Origin: Utricularia gibba
Taxonomy: Eukaryota > Plantae > Magnoliophyta
Length of the DNA stretch: 64,000 nucleotides
Direction: 5' to 3'
Assembly (NCBI GenBank): GCA_002189035.1
Contig: CM007989.1
Span: forward strand, 3,224,001-3,288,000
In this document: positions 23,899-36,214 of the stretch, piece by piece
How the letters are laid out: each line of letters starts with the position of its first letter
Position numbering within the stretch: the stretch's first letter is position 1
The notes under the pieces: model-generated
Databases searched by the model: none
What the model was told of the DNA's origin: nothing
What the model saw: only the letters and a program-made list of their open reading frames with translations
Made by a program: the position numbers and the translations under genes

Positions 23899-26690
23899 CT
23901 ACCCTCCTGCTCTTCGCCTTAGGACCAAGTATACAACGGCTGCACCGGCCGCCATCGTCGCCCCCATTGCGAAGAGCGTGTATGCTGATGATACCCTTTT
24001 CTCCGTCCGAGCACCGTACGCCATTTTCCCAGGCCGTGTCCTGGAATACTCAAGGTGCAACCTCAATCCCTGTTCAAATTCTCAGTCATCGGATTTGTTG
24101 TTCCAGACTCGGCCTTTCAATTCGATTGAATAATTTTGGAACTTGTTGTTCCTCGATTATTGCAATGCGTTGAGTTGAAAGGAATTAAGGATGCAGTGAG
24201 TACCTTCCAACCAGCAAGCCTGGCGTGGCATATTGCAGCTTGAAGATCGATGTCTGACGCGATTACAACCAGGTCTTTATCTTCATCTTCATACTATGAC
24301 GAAAAACAGGGAATTCAGAAAGAATCTTTCCCAACACAGAAAATGGGAGCGCAGTTGGTGACATGTACCAGAATTTGTGGGATGTTGTTGCAGTCAATCT
24401 CATCCCCGACTCGTTTAAGAATCGATGTCATCAGATCAGCCATGCCTTCTGTGTCTGGAAAGTAACAAGGACCCAGAAAAATGTTCAGATGAGTTTCATC
24501 TGCATATCCGGAGTTATGATGTTTTGAGACATCGAATCCCACCACATAGGAACCTATGCATATTCCCTTTTCTGTCTTGAAACTTGAAAGCAAAGGCATG
24601 GTTTGACAATGAAGATGGCTGCGGGAGAGCAGGGACTTTTTCCATGCCATCCGAAGCCATTTTGAAGGAGTTTTGGCTGACAATTCATCAACATGGGTAA
24701 GCGCAATCAGCAATGGAAAGAAGTAACTTGAGCTTTTAAGGTTCTGAAGATGCAAACCTGTGCATCTCTTCCTCTTCTTCTGGGGCAAAGGACATTGCCG
24801 AATCCCAAAATTTTTGCATCATTGCAGCATTTGGAATCTCATTGCTGACACCACTACCAACCTACAAACAGAAGCAAACAGAAAGATGAATCATCAAGAA
24901 CATGATGTCTCCCTTTTCATTAGGAAGAACCACATGCGACTCACAGCTTGTAAAGCCGCATGAGTTATATGTAGCACATCAACAACCGCTAGAATCATTC
25001 CATCTACAGGTTTTATCCATCATGGATCAGAAGACGAAATAATTCATCTGCGAGCTTTCCAAATGCTCGAAAATATGAACCTTTATCAACAACTGGAAGA
25101 TGCAAAAATCTGCCCTCGTGGATGGTACGAAGAGCATCAACAATGGGTGTATCCATTGTTGCACATTCAGGATTGGGAGTCATTACCTGAGCATGAAAGG
25201 AGAGCTTAAGTGGTTGAAGTTACACTGGCACTCATATTTTTGATACTGATGATGTACCATCTCTACTGAAGTAGATTCAGGTGAAAGATTTTGTGCAATA
25301 ACTCTCATTAGCATGTCTTTCGACCTTCAATAGAATGACATGACACAAAAGTGAAACTATATCCATGATTGCATATCATGGTATAACATGAGAGGGGGAG
25401 AAAAAGACTGACGTGAGTATTCCACATGGCCTGTTTTCGATGGTCACAACTGCAGAACTGGCTCCAAGCTCGACAATCTTTTTTGCACAAGCAAGTACAG
25501 TATCACTCCCCTTAACTTGAACAACCCTTTGGAGTCCAAAGAGAAGTGGGGATGATGTAAATCATCTTTCTTTTCGTTCATGGAAAAAGTATAGAGGTAA
25601 CGCAATATATACATTGCATTATCCTGTATTGTTGTGGATAATGAGGGCTTAAACATTCTCTCTCGAAGCATCTCAGTGAACGTGCTGGAACCTGTCTACC
25701 AGATAAAAACTTACAAACATCACTTGACAAATCTTGCACATAAACATCTTGACATTTACTAACCAGAAATTGATGTTCCCCATTGTTTCTCAACACCTTC
25801 AACGGCTGCTGCAATGGCTTTGCCTTTTTCGGCTGCCCTGTCTAGACGAGATATGGCATCATACAAGCATTTTGTAATATCAAGTAAAGCAATCACTTCT
25901 CCATTTTCCACGACAGGTAAGTGCCTGAACTTCCCTAAAAAAAATAAAACCAAAAAACTGAGGATGTTATGAGGTTAAAACTAACATAAAGATATGTGAT
26001 GTAATATCCAACAACAAAAATGTACCTTGTACCATTTTTTGCAAGGCATCAACAGCAGGTGTATCAGACAACACGAATACAGGATTCCTTGTCATCACTT
26101 GTGAAACTGGTGCTTCCTCAGTATTGATTTCACAAGCAATAACTCTTGTAAGTATATCCTTTGAATTCGAAAACAGCCACAGACGAAGAGAAACCGTGTC
26201 ATTTCACCAACTAAATGTCAGCTTCGAATGTAGAATACATAAAATGGTTAATCTTGCCTTATCAGTTAGGATTCCACATAACAAAGCATTGGAATCAGTC
26301 AGCAATAAAGCATCAGCTCTACTTGCAGCCAGCGTACGGCAAGCGTCTTTTACACTCGTGGTTTGAGATAAAGTCAGGGCCCTTGATAATCTCAATTTCT
26401 TAACTGTTCTTTCACCCATCACTACCCTATTGTGCGAACAAACGAACATTAGCATAAAAAGCAACAACTGCACATTGCAAACACTAAAGACACATTGTCT
26501 AAAATCACTTCACAATGATAAACCCAGAAAGCATCTGCACACACATGGAGCGGGGAGAGGAAAAAGATCCCCAGTGAGACGTGGAATCCCCAGATTGAGC
26601 GGCGGCGTGCTTCTTTCGCCCGAAAGACGACATTTTGGCGGACGATGGCGTGCTTCTCCGAGAGGATGAACCCCCATGATTGGCCGCCAT
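23899..26690 (-). CDS. CBSCBSPB1: CBS-CBS-PB1 domain protein (CBSCBSPB1-like), multi-exon, with C-terminal TM anchor
   Basis: Exons splice in frame: GERTVKKLRLSRAL...LLCGILTDK|DILTRVIA...KMVQGKFRHLPVVENGEVIALLDITKCLYDAI...FHLPVVD...MQKFWDSAM...FAFKFQDRKGNMHRF...PQIL|YEDEDKD...GWK|GLRLHLEYS...hydrophobic tail...RRRAGG* (TAG 23901-23899). One GC-AG intron (26257-26159). Confidence 0.92.
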
Positions 26691-27412
26691 CTCCCCAGAT
26701 TACGCGAAAACCGACCACCTACAAACCACTGCCCGTCTAAACCATCTCAAAAAAAGGGTGATTCCATTAATTATAAGTTAGAAATGATCCTCATTCACCA
26801 GCTCCGAGAGGCCATCAAGTTTGGTTGACGGGGATAAAGGAGGCAACTTTCTGGGCCAATGAAGCTTCCTAACTTCCGGGAATTCAAAGGAATGGCCATG
26901 GCTGGAGAGGAGTAGTTCCCTGGATCAAATTTCTGAGGGAGACAAAAAGCAAGACCATAATATTTTATTATGCATTTTCACTATGAAAAAATAAGATTCA
27001 CATATTTTTATACACAAAAAAGCTATTCATGAATATGTTGTGAGTAGAATTGTAATCTCTTCGAACCAAAACCACAATTTATCTTCGTGATTTCAGTTCA
27101 AGATTCTGACTTTGGATACAATTTAGGACCGATTCGTTATTCTTGAAACCAATAAACCGTTACTGTTGCAGATCATCGGTTTCATATTAAATTTTTTTTA
27201 AAAAATAATTAAACATTAAAAAAACTGGGCCGGGTTCAGTCGTCGTTTGGTAAGGGCTGTTTGGTGCAATTTGGGCTGAGTTGGGACCCAACATTTAAAA
27301 TTAGATACGTTCAATCTAAATTCATGATTTTTTTAAAAAATATTAAATATAAAATAATGAGTATAATAAAGACGCTTTTAAAAGAATGATTAGAGGGGCA
27401 CCCACCCTCATG

Positions 27413-27435
27413 ATGCATGCATGCATGCATGCATG
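27413..27435. repeat. (ATGC)5 palindromic microsatellite forming a tandem RY (CATGCA) array
   Basis: Read directly: atgcatgcatgcatgcatgcatg. Confidence 0.8.
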
Positions 27436-28861
27436 GTGTAAATGCCAATGCGGTAGCCGCGAATGCTGACTGATGATGATGTTATGTGCATGGGACGCAA
27501 TCTTGGGTCGGGTCTGGTTGGTTCAATGCGAGTGACCTAATGCCCGCTTTGTGTGTTATTGCTTCGTACTTGCTTAAGGAATCATATCGGAGAGGAAAAA
27601 GAGGAATATTTGCAATTTGCATGTTACAGGGAAAAGCAATAATTGCATGGAATGAATGCGCTTTAATTTTGTGCTTGGAATCGGATAAAAGGAGTAAATA
27701 AAATTAAATCGGGTGACGCCCAATTTGGTTGGGGGCGTCCATCCCACATAAATGAACACGAGCAAGGATCCGCTGCTGTCCCTCTCCAATTCATTGCGTC
27801 TATGGGAACTTGTTTTTCAAGTCCGTCCGGTCCGGCCGTCCCTCCGCCCACTTCTTGTCTATCTCTGTCTCTGCCCAATACCTGCGTACCGCAGTTCCAA
27901 AACCCTGCACCGCGAATTGCGACGGCGCCTCCATCGCCAGTCGTGGATTCCAGTCCCGTCGTCTAGGCGACCACGAGGAGGAGGACCATTGGAATTGAAA
28001 CCTATCCACAATAAAAATTGCATTTACGTTTCTTCCTAACCTAACTGTCTCCTCGATTCGCAAGTGGATCCAAAACGGCGTCGTTTTATGACCTTTTCCA
28101 AAAATATATATTTTTTTATTTTTGGACATATATATTTTAAAAAAAGATTTTATATTTTAAAAATTATATTTTATGTAGAATAGAATAAAAAAAGATTATA
28201 TATATTTTAAAAATTATAATTTTTGGACATTTTAGATGTATTTTACTTTTAAATTAAGAAAAGAAAAAAGAAAAGGGTAGCAAATCCTTCCATTTGCGGA
28301 GGGGTGGAGCGGACCTCGCACGTGACCCATGTGTAAGCGCCATCCCACGCCCGCAGATGACGTTGGATCCACTACACCATCCACCTCACCTACCCCACAC
28401 GGCAGGTCCACATCCCCTGTCCTTCGTTTTGTATCAATTTTCTCCCATTATTTTATTTCATTTTAAAATAATATATCCTCCTCAATTAAATCCCATATTT
28501 ATGTTTGCTTCCACATATTGTTAATTTATGTGGTAAAAAAAAATTATTAGGGTCTTCCACAATTGTGGCAGTGGATCCTTTAATGAGGTATTATTAAAAA
28601 GGGAGAAATTAATTGGAAAATTAGTAGGTATTTTGCAAAAGGAATATGTATAATTATTGTTTTTTTTTGGATTGGGTCAATTTGGTCAAATCACCTAATC
28701 ATCTACTACCGTACCGAGGGGAATTATGATTTTACCAGGTTACAATAGACTGCTATTTATACTCTACTTCGCTACTCCCGTAGGCCGTCTTATCGTTCCT
28801 CTGCCACTTTGAAGGAGGCACAGACTACTAGAATTTTCTCAATACTCCAGATCTCGAACTC

Positions 28862-30161
28862 ATGGGAGAGGTCAGTAGCCGTCGCCTCCTCCGCATTTTG
28901 TCTCCACTTCTGCCTGCGTGCTCACACGTTTGTCTTCTGCAGGAAGAGAAGAAGCAGGAGGAGCCCAGCAAGCCGGCGGGGAGGCGCCGGAGGAGGAGAA
29001 GAAAAAAGAAGATGTCCCGGATGGAAAGAATCCTGCGGGGAGTGACTGTGAGAAGAAAGTTGAAGCGGAGGAGCCGCCACCGCCTCAGGAAATTCTGATC
29101 AGGGTCCACATGCACTGCGAGGGCTGTGCTAGAAAAGTTCGCAGATGCTTGAAGGGATTTGAAGGTAATTTTATTTTTTGGGAAGTGTTGTAGTGGGATT
29201 GTTCCAGTTCAGCAATTTTTGTCTTTGTTTTCGAGTTGTTCCTTTTGTAGCTGTACTACTCGAGTTAAACTCCGGTGATGTGTTGCAGGAGTCGAGGAGG
29301 TGAAAACAGATTGCAAGGCCAGTTTAGTGACTGTGAAGGGTGAAAAAGCAGATCCGGTTAAGGTTTTGGAGCGGGTTCAGAGGAAGAGTAACCGCAGGGC
29401 TGAACTTCTTTCCCCTATTCCAAAACCACCGCCGCCACCGCCGCCGCCGGAGCCGGAGCCGAAAGAGTTGCCAAAAGTCGAAGTTAAAGAAGAGGCACCG
29501 ACGTTGACGGTGGTTCTGGGTGTTTACATGCACTGCGAAGCATGTGCGCTGGAAATCAAGAAAAGGATAATGAGAATGAAAGGTATATGTTTCTGTTTCG
29601 CGAGGCTGAAACCTTAAAGCGAGGCACAGCAGTAGTGGATGATTCTCCACAGCAATATCAAAAGAGGACTCGAGTTATTGAAACTCGTGTCGATTCGATC
29701 TTTTTCAAATAAAAAAATGCAATCTTTTTGCAGGAGTTGGGAGTGTTGATCCAGACCTGAAGAACTCAAGAGTGATGGTAAAGGGCGAATTCGAATCGGA
29801 AAAGCTGGTCGACTACATCCACCGCAGAATCGGGAAACAAGCTACGGTCATCAATATGGAGCCGGAGAAGAAAGAAGAGGAACCCCCAAAAGAAGAAAAG
29901 AAGCCAGAGGAGCCAGAGAAGGACGGCGACGCTCCACCCGAGAAGAAGGAACCGGAGCCACAGCCACAGCCGACACCCGAGCAGGAAGACCCGAAACTAC
30001 TCCTCAAAAGGAACGAGCTTTACTACTATTATCCCCAGAATTTCCATATTTATCCCCAGAGAACCGTGGAGGAAGAGCTCAAATACGGGTACGGGTACCT
30101 TCCCCCGCCGCCGCCGCAGATGTTCAGCGACGAGAACCCAAACGCATGTTCAGTGATGTGA
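28862..30161 (+). CDS. Heavy-metal-associated isoprenylated plant protein (two HMA domains, HIPP3/7-like); 4 exons (28862-28870, 28943-29164, 29289-29582, 29734-30161); apparent frameshift at 28978-28981
   Basis: 9-nt first exon MGE|, HMA motifs VHMHCEGC and VYMHCEAC, Pro- and Glu/Lys-rich linkers, and C-terminal FSDENPNACSVM* (CaaX). Adding one G to the G4 run joins EEKKQEEPSKPAG to EAPEEEKKK. Confidence 0.92.
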
Positions 30162-30599
30162 ACGAGTAGAGGAAGGCGGGGTGAAATGGGAATTTCACTT
30201 GTCGAGATTTAACATGTCGTCGTGGAATACACGTGGCCCAGTACTATGTGGGGGCATAGTGGCGTGGAAGGGGCTGCGGAATTTTGTGACGCGCCTTTTA
30301 GTTTGGTGTCTCGTAATTTGTAATCCTTGTCACATAGTAATAATTACCAATAATAATTTGAAAAAAACAAAGTGGGACCCAAACCATTTTTGGAGGCCAC
30401 CAGTAACTATCTATTCCGGAACAGCGATGGTAAAAACGAGAAGACAGTAAAAATGAATAATTTTGAAAAATAAAAATATATTTTGTAAATATTATTATTT
30501 AAGGATATATTATTTATCACGTGTTCGATAAAACACTGTATGAAATATTACTGTTTATAAAAAATATGATTAAAATATGCTACAATTTTTAAAATAGAG

Positions 30600-31020
30600 A
30601 AAATTGCAAAAAAAAAAAAAATTTAAGTTCTTAAAACAGTACAACGAAAATTCGAAAACTCAAATAGTTTTTAAAATTTTTAAAAAATGAATTGGTTCAC
30701 GGCATATTTGTGCTAGAGTTTTTCATATTTCTGTGTTGAGTTTGAGGAATCAAATAATATTTCTATTAAGATTACATCACATTTATGTTTTATATGATTC
30801 CAAAGTGATAATAATTATATTATATTTGTATCTTGTGTGATGCATCATTATAATGATGAGTCCAAATTAATTAGTTTTAATAATATAAGATGTTAAATAT
30901 ACATTTTCATAAATTTAAGAATAAAATATTTACAAAAAAATATAAATTAAGGGGTTTATAACATAATTTTGAAACTTGAAAATTAATTTGTTTATATTGA
31001 TTGTAATTTGAAGTAAACTT
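30600..31020. mobile_element. AT-rich MITE/MULE-like repeat, copy 2 (same family as 10420-10900); boundaries approximate
   Basis: Collinear similarity to copy 1 in the left (caacgaaaat...aaaatttttaaaaaatgaa), middle (aaagtgataat..., cattataa...gtccaa..aattagtttt.ataatat) and right segments. Confidence 0.5.
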
Positions 31021-31110
31021 GACCCTTTTATATATCATCAAATGGGAATTAACAAGGCATGGTAACTTTAATTTACCCCACATCGCCCCTTTCTTCCTTG
31101 TGAGGGTGTG

Positions 31111-31558
31111 TGTAACGGTCTCCCGATGAGGAAGGCATTGTACCAATTCGGGTAAAGTGGGGCGGTAAGGTTTCGAATTTCGTAGTCGTGAGTGATTTTA
31201 CTTTTGGGACACGCAAGTCTACTTGATTAAATACGCGATGGTGTGAGGACGTATTTGCCCCTGTGGGCTGGCTAAATAGCCATCTATGTCGTCATGTCCT
31301 TGTGCCGCCCATCTATCCATATAAGGCAGTGTACATCCATCCGGCCACGTTGAGCCATCGTGAAGAGTCTGGAAGAGTCTGGAATGGGTACGTGGCAAGG
31401 GAATCATTCATTATTTTTTTTTATTCTAGTTTCGTAGTTTAGCAGTGTGTTCTGGTGCGGGTGGACTTGGTGCACCCGACAAGGCTAAGAGATCTGGGCG
31501 GTGCGGCTTGGGATTGTGAAATCGTACGGATTGTTGGGAAAAGGTTCGAGTTGTCACA
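31111..31558 (+). mobile_element. Unclassified LTR-like segment, possibly Ty3/gypsy
   Basis: Begins TGTAAC and ends GTCACA (near-inverted termini), has an internal TATA-like CCATATAAGG, is preceded by GAGGGTGTG and followed directly by TGGCACCCCCCACCGTGGGG (PBS-like). No TSD and no partner LTR in the window. Confidence 0.4.
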
Positions 31559-31705
31559 TGGCACCCCCCACCGTGGGGGACCCTTGCTCAACCGTAGCCC
31601 ACTAAATTCAGTTAAATATCGTTATATTTTATCTTCCTATTCTTACTATTCAAAAAACGATTTAATCTTGATTTTATCGAATTTAATTCAATCAATATTA
31701 TCAAT

Positions 31706-31825
31706 CCTCCCGCGAACTATCTCCCTGTTCCTCTTATTCGCTGCGCGCTGAGTGTTCCAGCACCATCTCAGAGATTACAGCAGGTCTTATGAAATTATCC
31801 AAGATTAGCTCATCATCAACCAACA
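31706..31825 (-). repeat. Truncated 3' LTR of the copia element (120 bp) preceded by the PPT
   Basis: On the minus strand CACGGGGGAG (PPT, 31835-31826) precedes TGTTGGTTGATG. Similarity to the 5' LTR stops abruptly at 31706. Confidence 0.9.
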
Positions 31826-34800
31826 CTCCCCCGTGATGAGATAATTTTGACATCTTCGAACCTTCATGGAGACTAGGGTTTTCTTCTAGACCCATTCGGA
31901 TTCAAAGGTAGCAAAATTGTTTCGGGTAGAGTAACTTGGTTAAGATATCCGCGATTTGCTCCTCTGAAGGTACATATTCGAGCCTTATCTGATTCTTGAC
32001 ATAGTCCCTTATCACATAAAATTTGATCTGTATGTGCTTGCTTCTTCCAAATTGAATGGGATTTTTTGCCATACTGATTGCCGACTTGTTATCAATCATA
32101 AGTGGTGTAGGATTGATTGCTTTGACTCCTAGATCAGATAGAATTTTCTGTATCCAAATTGCATGATTTCCTGCTGCGGCAGCTGCCATATACTCAGCCT
32201 CTGCTGAGGATTGCGCTATGACTTCTTGTTTCTTGTTGCTCCATGTTATTGGTGTGTCTCCAAGCATGAAAAGGTAGCCGCTTGTAGATTTAAGATCCTT
32301 GTTATCTCCTGCAAAATCACTATCCACATAGCACTTGAGTTCAAGATTAGTGTTTTTGTGAAATAGGAGTCCATGGTTTATTGTGCTTCTGATGTACTTC
32401 AGAATTTTCAGGGCACTCTCAAGGTGATTCTGGTGTGGCTTGGCCAGAAACCTGGACAATAAGCTTACTGAGAATGCTATGTCAGGTCTAGAGGCAGTGA
32501 GGTACATGAGCGCTCCGATTACACTTCTGTAGGCTGATTCTTTTGCTAAATTACCAGGATCATCTAACATTCTTCCCGTGACAGCATCTACAGGTACGGG
32601 CTTGCAATCTGGTGAAATGGGTATTGATGTATGCTTTCCTTTTTCAAGCTTGAACCTCTTTATTAGTTCCTTGGAGTATTTTGTTTGCGACAGAAAAACA
32701 TAGTCTCTAGCTTGTGTAATTTCCATGCCTAGGAAGTACCTCATTTCTCAAAGGTCTGACATCTCAAATGCGTTCATAAGATTTTCCTTTTGCCTTTTGA
32801 TTTCAGTCTCGTCATCCTCAGTTATCAAAATGTCATCAACATATAGAGAGATTATAACTCTTTTAGACTTCTCTGTTTCCAATATGTATAGCGTAGTATC
32901 GTTCATACTTCTTTTGAATCCTTGCTCTTGAAAATGTGTATCAATTCGACAATACCACTCTCTTGGTGCCTGTTTTAACCCATATAATGCCTTCTTCAAT
33001 AACAGCACTTTATCCTCGTGTCCTTCTTTCAGGAAACCAGGCGGTTGTGAGACATATATCTCCTCATTTAGTTGACCGTTTAAGAAGGCTGACTTGACGT
33101 CCAGATGGTAAATTTTCTAGTTTTTGCATGCTGATAACCCTATAAGAATCTTTATTGTATCTAGCCTTGCTACCGGTGCAAAGGTTTCAAAATAGTCGAT
33201 CCCTTCCTTTTGTGAATAACCTTTAGCTACAAATCTCGCTTTTAGTTTATTGATAGTCCCATCTGAGTTCAGTTTTGTGCGAAAGACCCACTTGACTCCA
33301 ATGATCCTTTTGTGGGTTGGTTTGTCTACTAACTGCCATGTATTGTTTTTTTCAATCACAGCCAGCTCGGTTTCCATAGCATTTTTCCAACTTGAGTGTC
33401 GTAATGCCTGGTTTAAGTTTTCTGGTTCCTTAATCATTAGACATCTCTGGTATATATCTGATAATCTGCGTTCACCTTGTACAGAGGGATCTTCATTACT
33501 GTAGGTCTCTTCTACACTGCTCTCATGAATTTGCAGATTCTGTGAGTTTTGTTGTGCAGCCTCAGAATTTACTATGGATACATCACATGGCTGGATAGGT
33601 CCCTCAGTTTGGTTATTTTCCTCTGGTGTTTCTGCTGTAATATTTGTTGGTATGTTTCTCCCATCATTTTGCTCATCGTCTGTGACATCCGTATTTTGTG
33701 TATCCAATACTGCATTTTCACTGTCTGTTGATTCTCCGTTACTCTCAACCTTCTGATCCGGTTCATGACCTGCGTTCTGACTTGAGGTTGATCCTGGTCC
33801 CTATACAGCAACAATGGGAAATAAGTCTAGAATGTCGACTGCTTGGTTCTGTGATGATTGCTTGTGGTTTGAACTCCAGTCCCAGGTTTTCAGCTCATCA
33901 AAAACAACATCCCTATTTATTTTTATTTTCATGTCTTCTAGATCCAGTATTCTATAGCCTTTGGTTACATCACTGTATCCCAGGTGAATGCCCATTTGCG
34001 CTTTTCTGTCTAACTTTGTTCTTCTTTCCTTTGGGACATGAAAGTAGCAAACACATCCAAAGATGCGAATATGATCAACTCTAGGTACTCTCCCATGCCA
34101 CATCTCGAATGGTGTTTTCTTTTATGTCAATCCCTTGGTAGGCAGTCGATTCAGTAGGTAAACCGCAGTATTTACAGCTTCTCCCCAATACGTTACCAGT
34201 AGGTTTTTTTCATACATCAGGCACCTGGCCATTTCTACTATTGTCCTATTTCTTCTTTCGCTCACCCCATTTTGCTCAGCAGTATAAGGGGCAGTGAACT
34301 GATGTATAATACCCTCTTGTTCACATATCTCGGTGAGCTCATGAGCCGTGTATTCACCGCCATTATCAGACCGAAGGTATTTTATTTTTTTTCCACTCTG
34401 ATTTTCGACTTGAGCCTTAAAAATCTTGAAGCAATTTACCACTTCCAACCTGCTAGGGATAATGAATATCCAACAATATTTGGTGTAGTCATCCACAAAA
34501 ATTAAAAAATACCTGTTTCCAGTAGGGGTAGAGACCTTCATGGGACCACACACAACAGTGTGGATCAGTTCTAGCTTCTGAGTGGTGATCCAGGTACGTT
34601 TTCCAAAAGGTCGTCTGGTAATCTTACCTATTTGGCAGATTTCACATATTTTGTGGTCTTGTGTCAATCTTGACATTCCTTCAACCAGATTTGTCCGTGA
34701 CATGTGGATTAGGGATGCATTATTGACATGACCGAACCGTTTGTGCCATAATGAGGCTTCATCTCTAGCTGCAAAACAGGTGTCAATTAGCTTTTCATTA

Positions 34801-36196
34801 AATTGAAGACTTATAGGAAAGATCCTGCTTTCCATTTTGGTTTTAAGCAGGAGCTTTCCAGACGGAGAAGATATACTGCAGAAGGATCCGCTGAAGATGA
34901 TGCACAATCCTTTTGAAATAAGTTGTCCAACACTGAGAAGATTGTGTGTAGCTTCAGGTACATAGTACACGTCTTGAATCCTCAGTGTGTAATCACATGT
35001 TTCCAGTTGTACTGTTCCAATTCCATGCAGTTTTATCAACCTTCCATCAGCTACTTCTATTTGTTTTCCGAACAGTGGCTCATAACTTATGAAAGTGTCA
35101 AATTGATAAGTTAAGTGATTGTTGCAACCACTGTCTATGAGCCACATTTCTTTGTTTGTAGTGTTATTCGTGGTTGAGAGTATGCTGTCTTTGCACGGTG
35201 TGTAGATGTCAATGACTTCCTTAGCATCAGAAAAATAGCATACAGAGTTTGGAGCAGTGAGGTTTGGTTCTTTCTTGGCACCGCTTTTCTTCATATCTTT
35301 TCTTGCATACTCTCTCGATGTGGCCCTTTTCTTTGCAGAAATTGCAGATCTTGTCCAGGTGGTAAAAGCAGTTCGAGACTGGGTGGTTCTTCTGCTTGCA
35401 GTAAGGGCATTCAGGGTATGTTCCTTTCCTTTCGGCTCTTCTGTGAAGCTTTGCCTGAAATGCTTGTTCAGTTTCGTCCTGGGCTTCATATGTCTTCTGG
35501 ACTTGCTCAAAGTTGTAGAGTGAATCTAGTAGTTTTTCATAGTTGTATGTAGTGAGAAGGCCAGTTGTGGACAGTGTTCCAATGCATGCTCTGAACTGCT
35601 TACCCACACACTTGAGAATCTTGTCTTTGACTCTACCATCATCGACTGGCTGCTCTAGTTTCTTTAAACGCTTCACAACTGCACTCACAGAGGCTGTTAG
35701 TTCGGTGATAGACTGACCTGGCTTTAGACTAAAATTGTCAAGAGTGTGCCATTGTTTTGCTATCTCCTTTTGTCGCCTTTCTGCTGTCATTGCATAACCT
35801 TTTGCAAGAGTATTCCAGGCTTTCTTGGGAGATCGACAACCCAAGATGAGGTCATATGCCTCATCAGTAACAGCCAATGTGAGCGCGTGCATTGCCTTCT
35901 TTCTTTTCTTTCTGTGCTTCTTTTCTGCTGCAGTTTCCATGTCTGAAGAGGAAGATTTCCTATCTTTTGATTGAGCTGTATCTGTTTGCTCTGTTTCTTC
36001 ACTTTCTTCAAACAGATCCCAGAGATCCAGGTTGTCTAAGTGGACTGACATTTTATCAGCCCACGCATCATAGTCGCCTCTTCCATCAAACGTGGGGGAG
36101 GAATGAAGTAAGCTGAGGCCATGATGGTGAAGTGCAGAAGATAAGTAGGGTGTTTTGGGACTGAACTGGGGTATATGCTTGTGGTTTCTCAAAGTG

Positions 36197-36214
36197 ATCC
36201 CACAGCTGTCACCA
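36197..36214 (-). other. Primer-binding site complementary to the tRNA-Leu 3' end
   Basis: TGGTGACAGCTGTGGGAT directly follows the LTR CA. Its reverse complement ATCCCACAGCTGTCACCA matches the 3' end of plant tRNA-Leu(UAG) plus CCA as I recall it. It is not the usual TGGTATCAGAGC iMet site. Confidence 0.75.

Noticed and set aside
31075-31086. USE-like CCCCACATCG suggesting a snRNA or telomerase RNA gene
   Set aside because: Imperfect match, no correctly spaced TATA box, and no snRNA-like or template sequence downstream.
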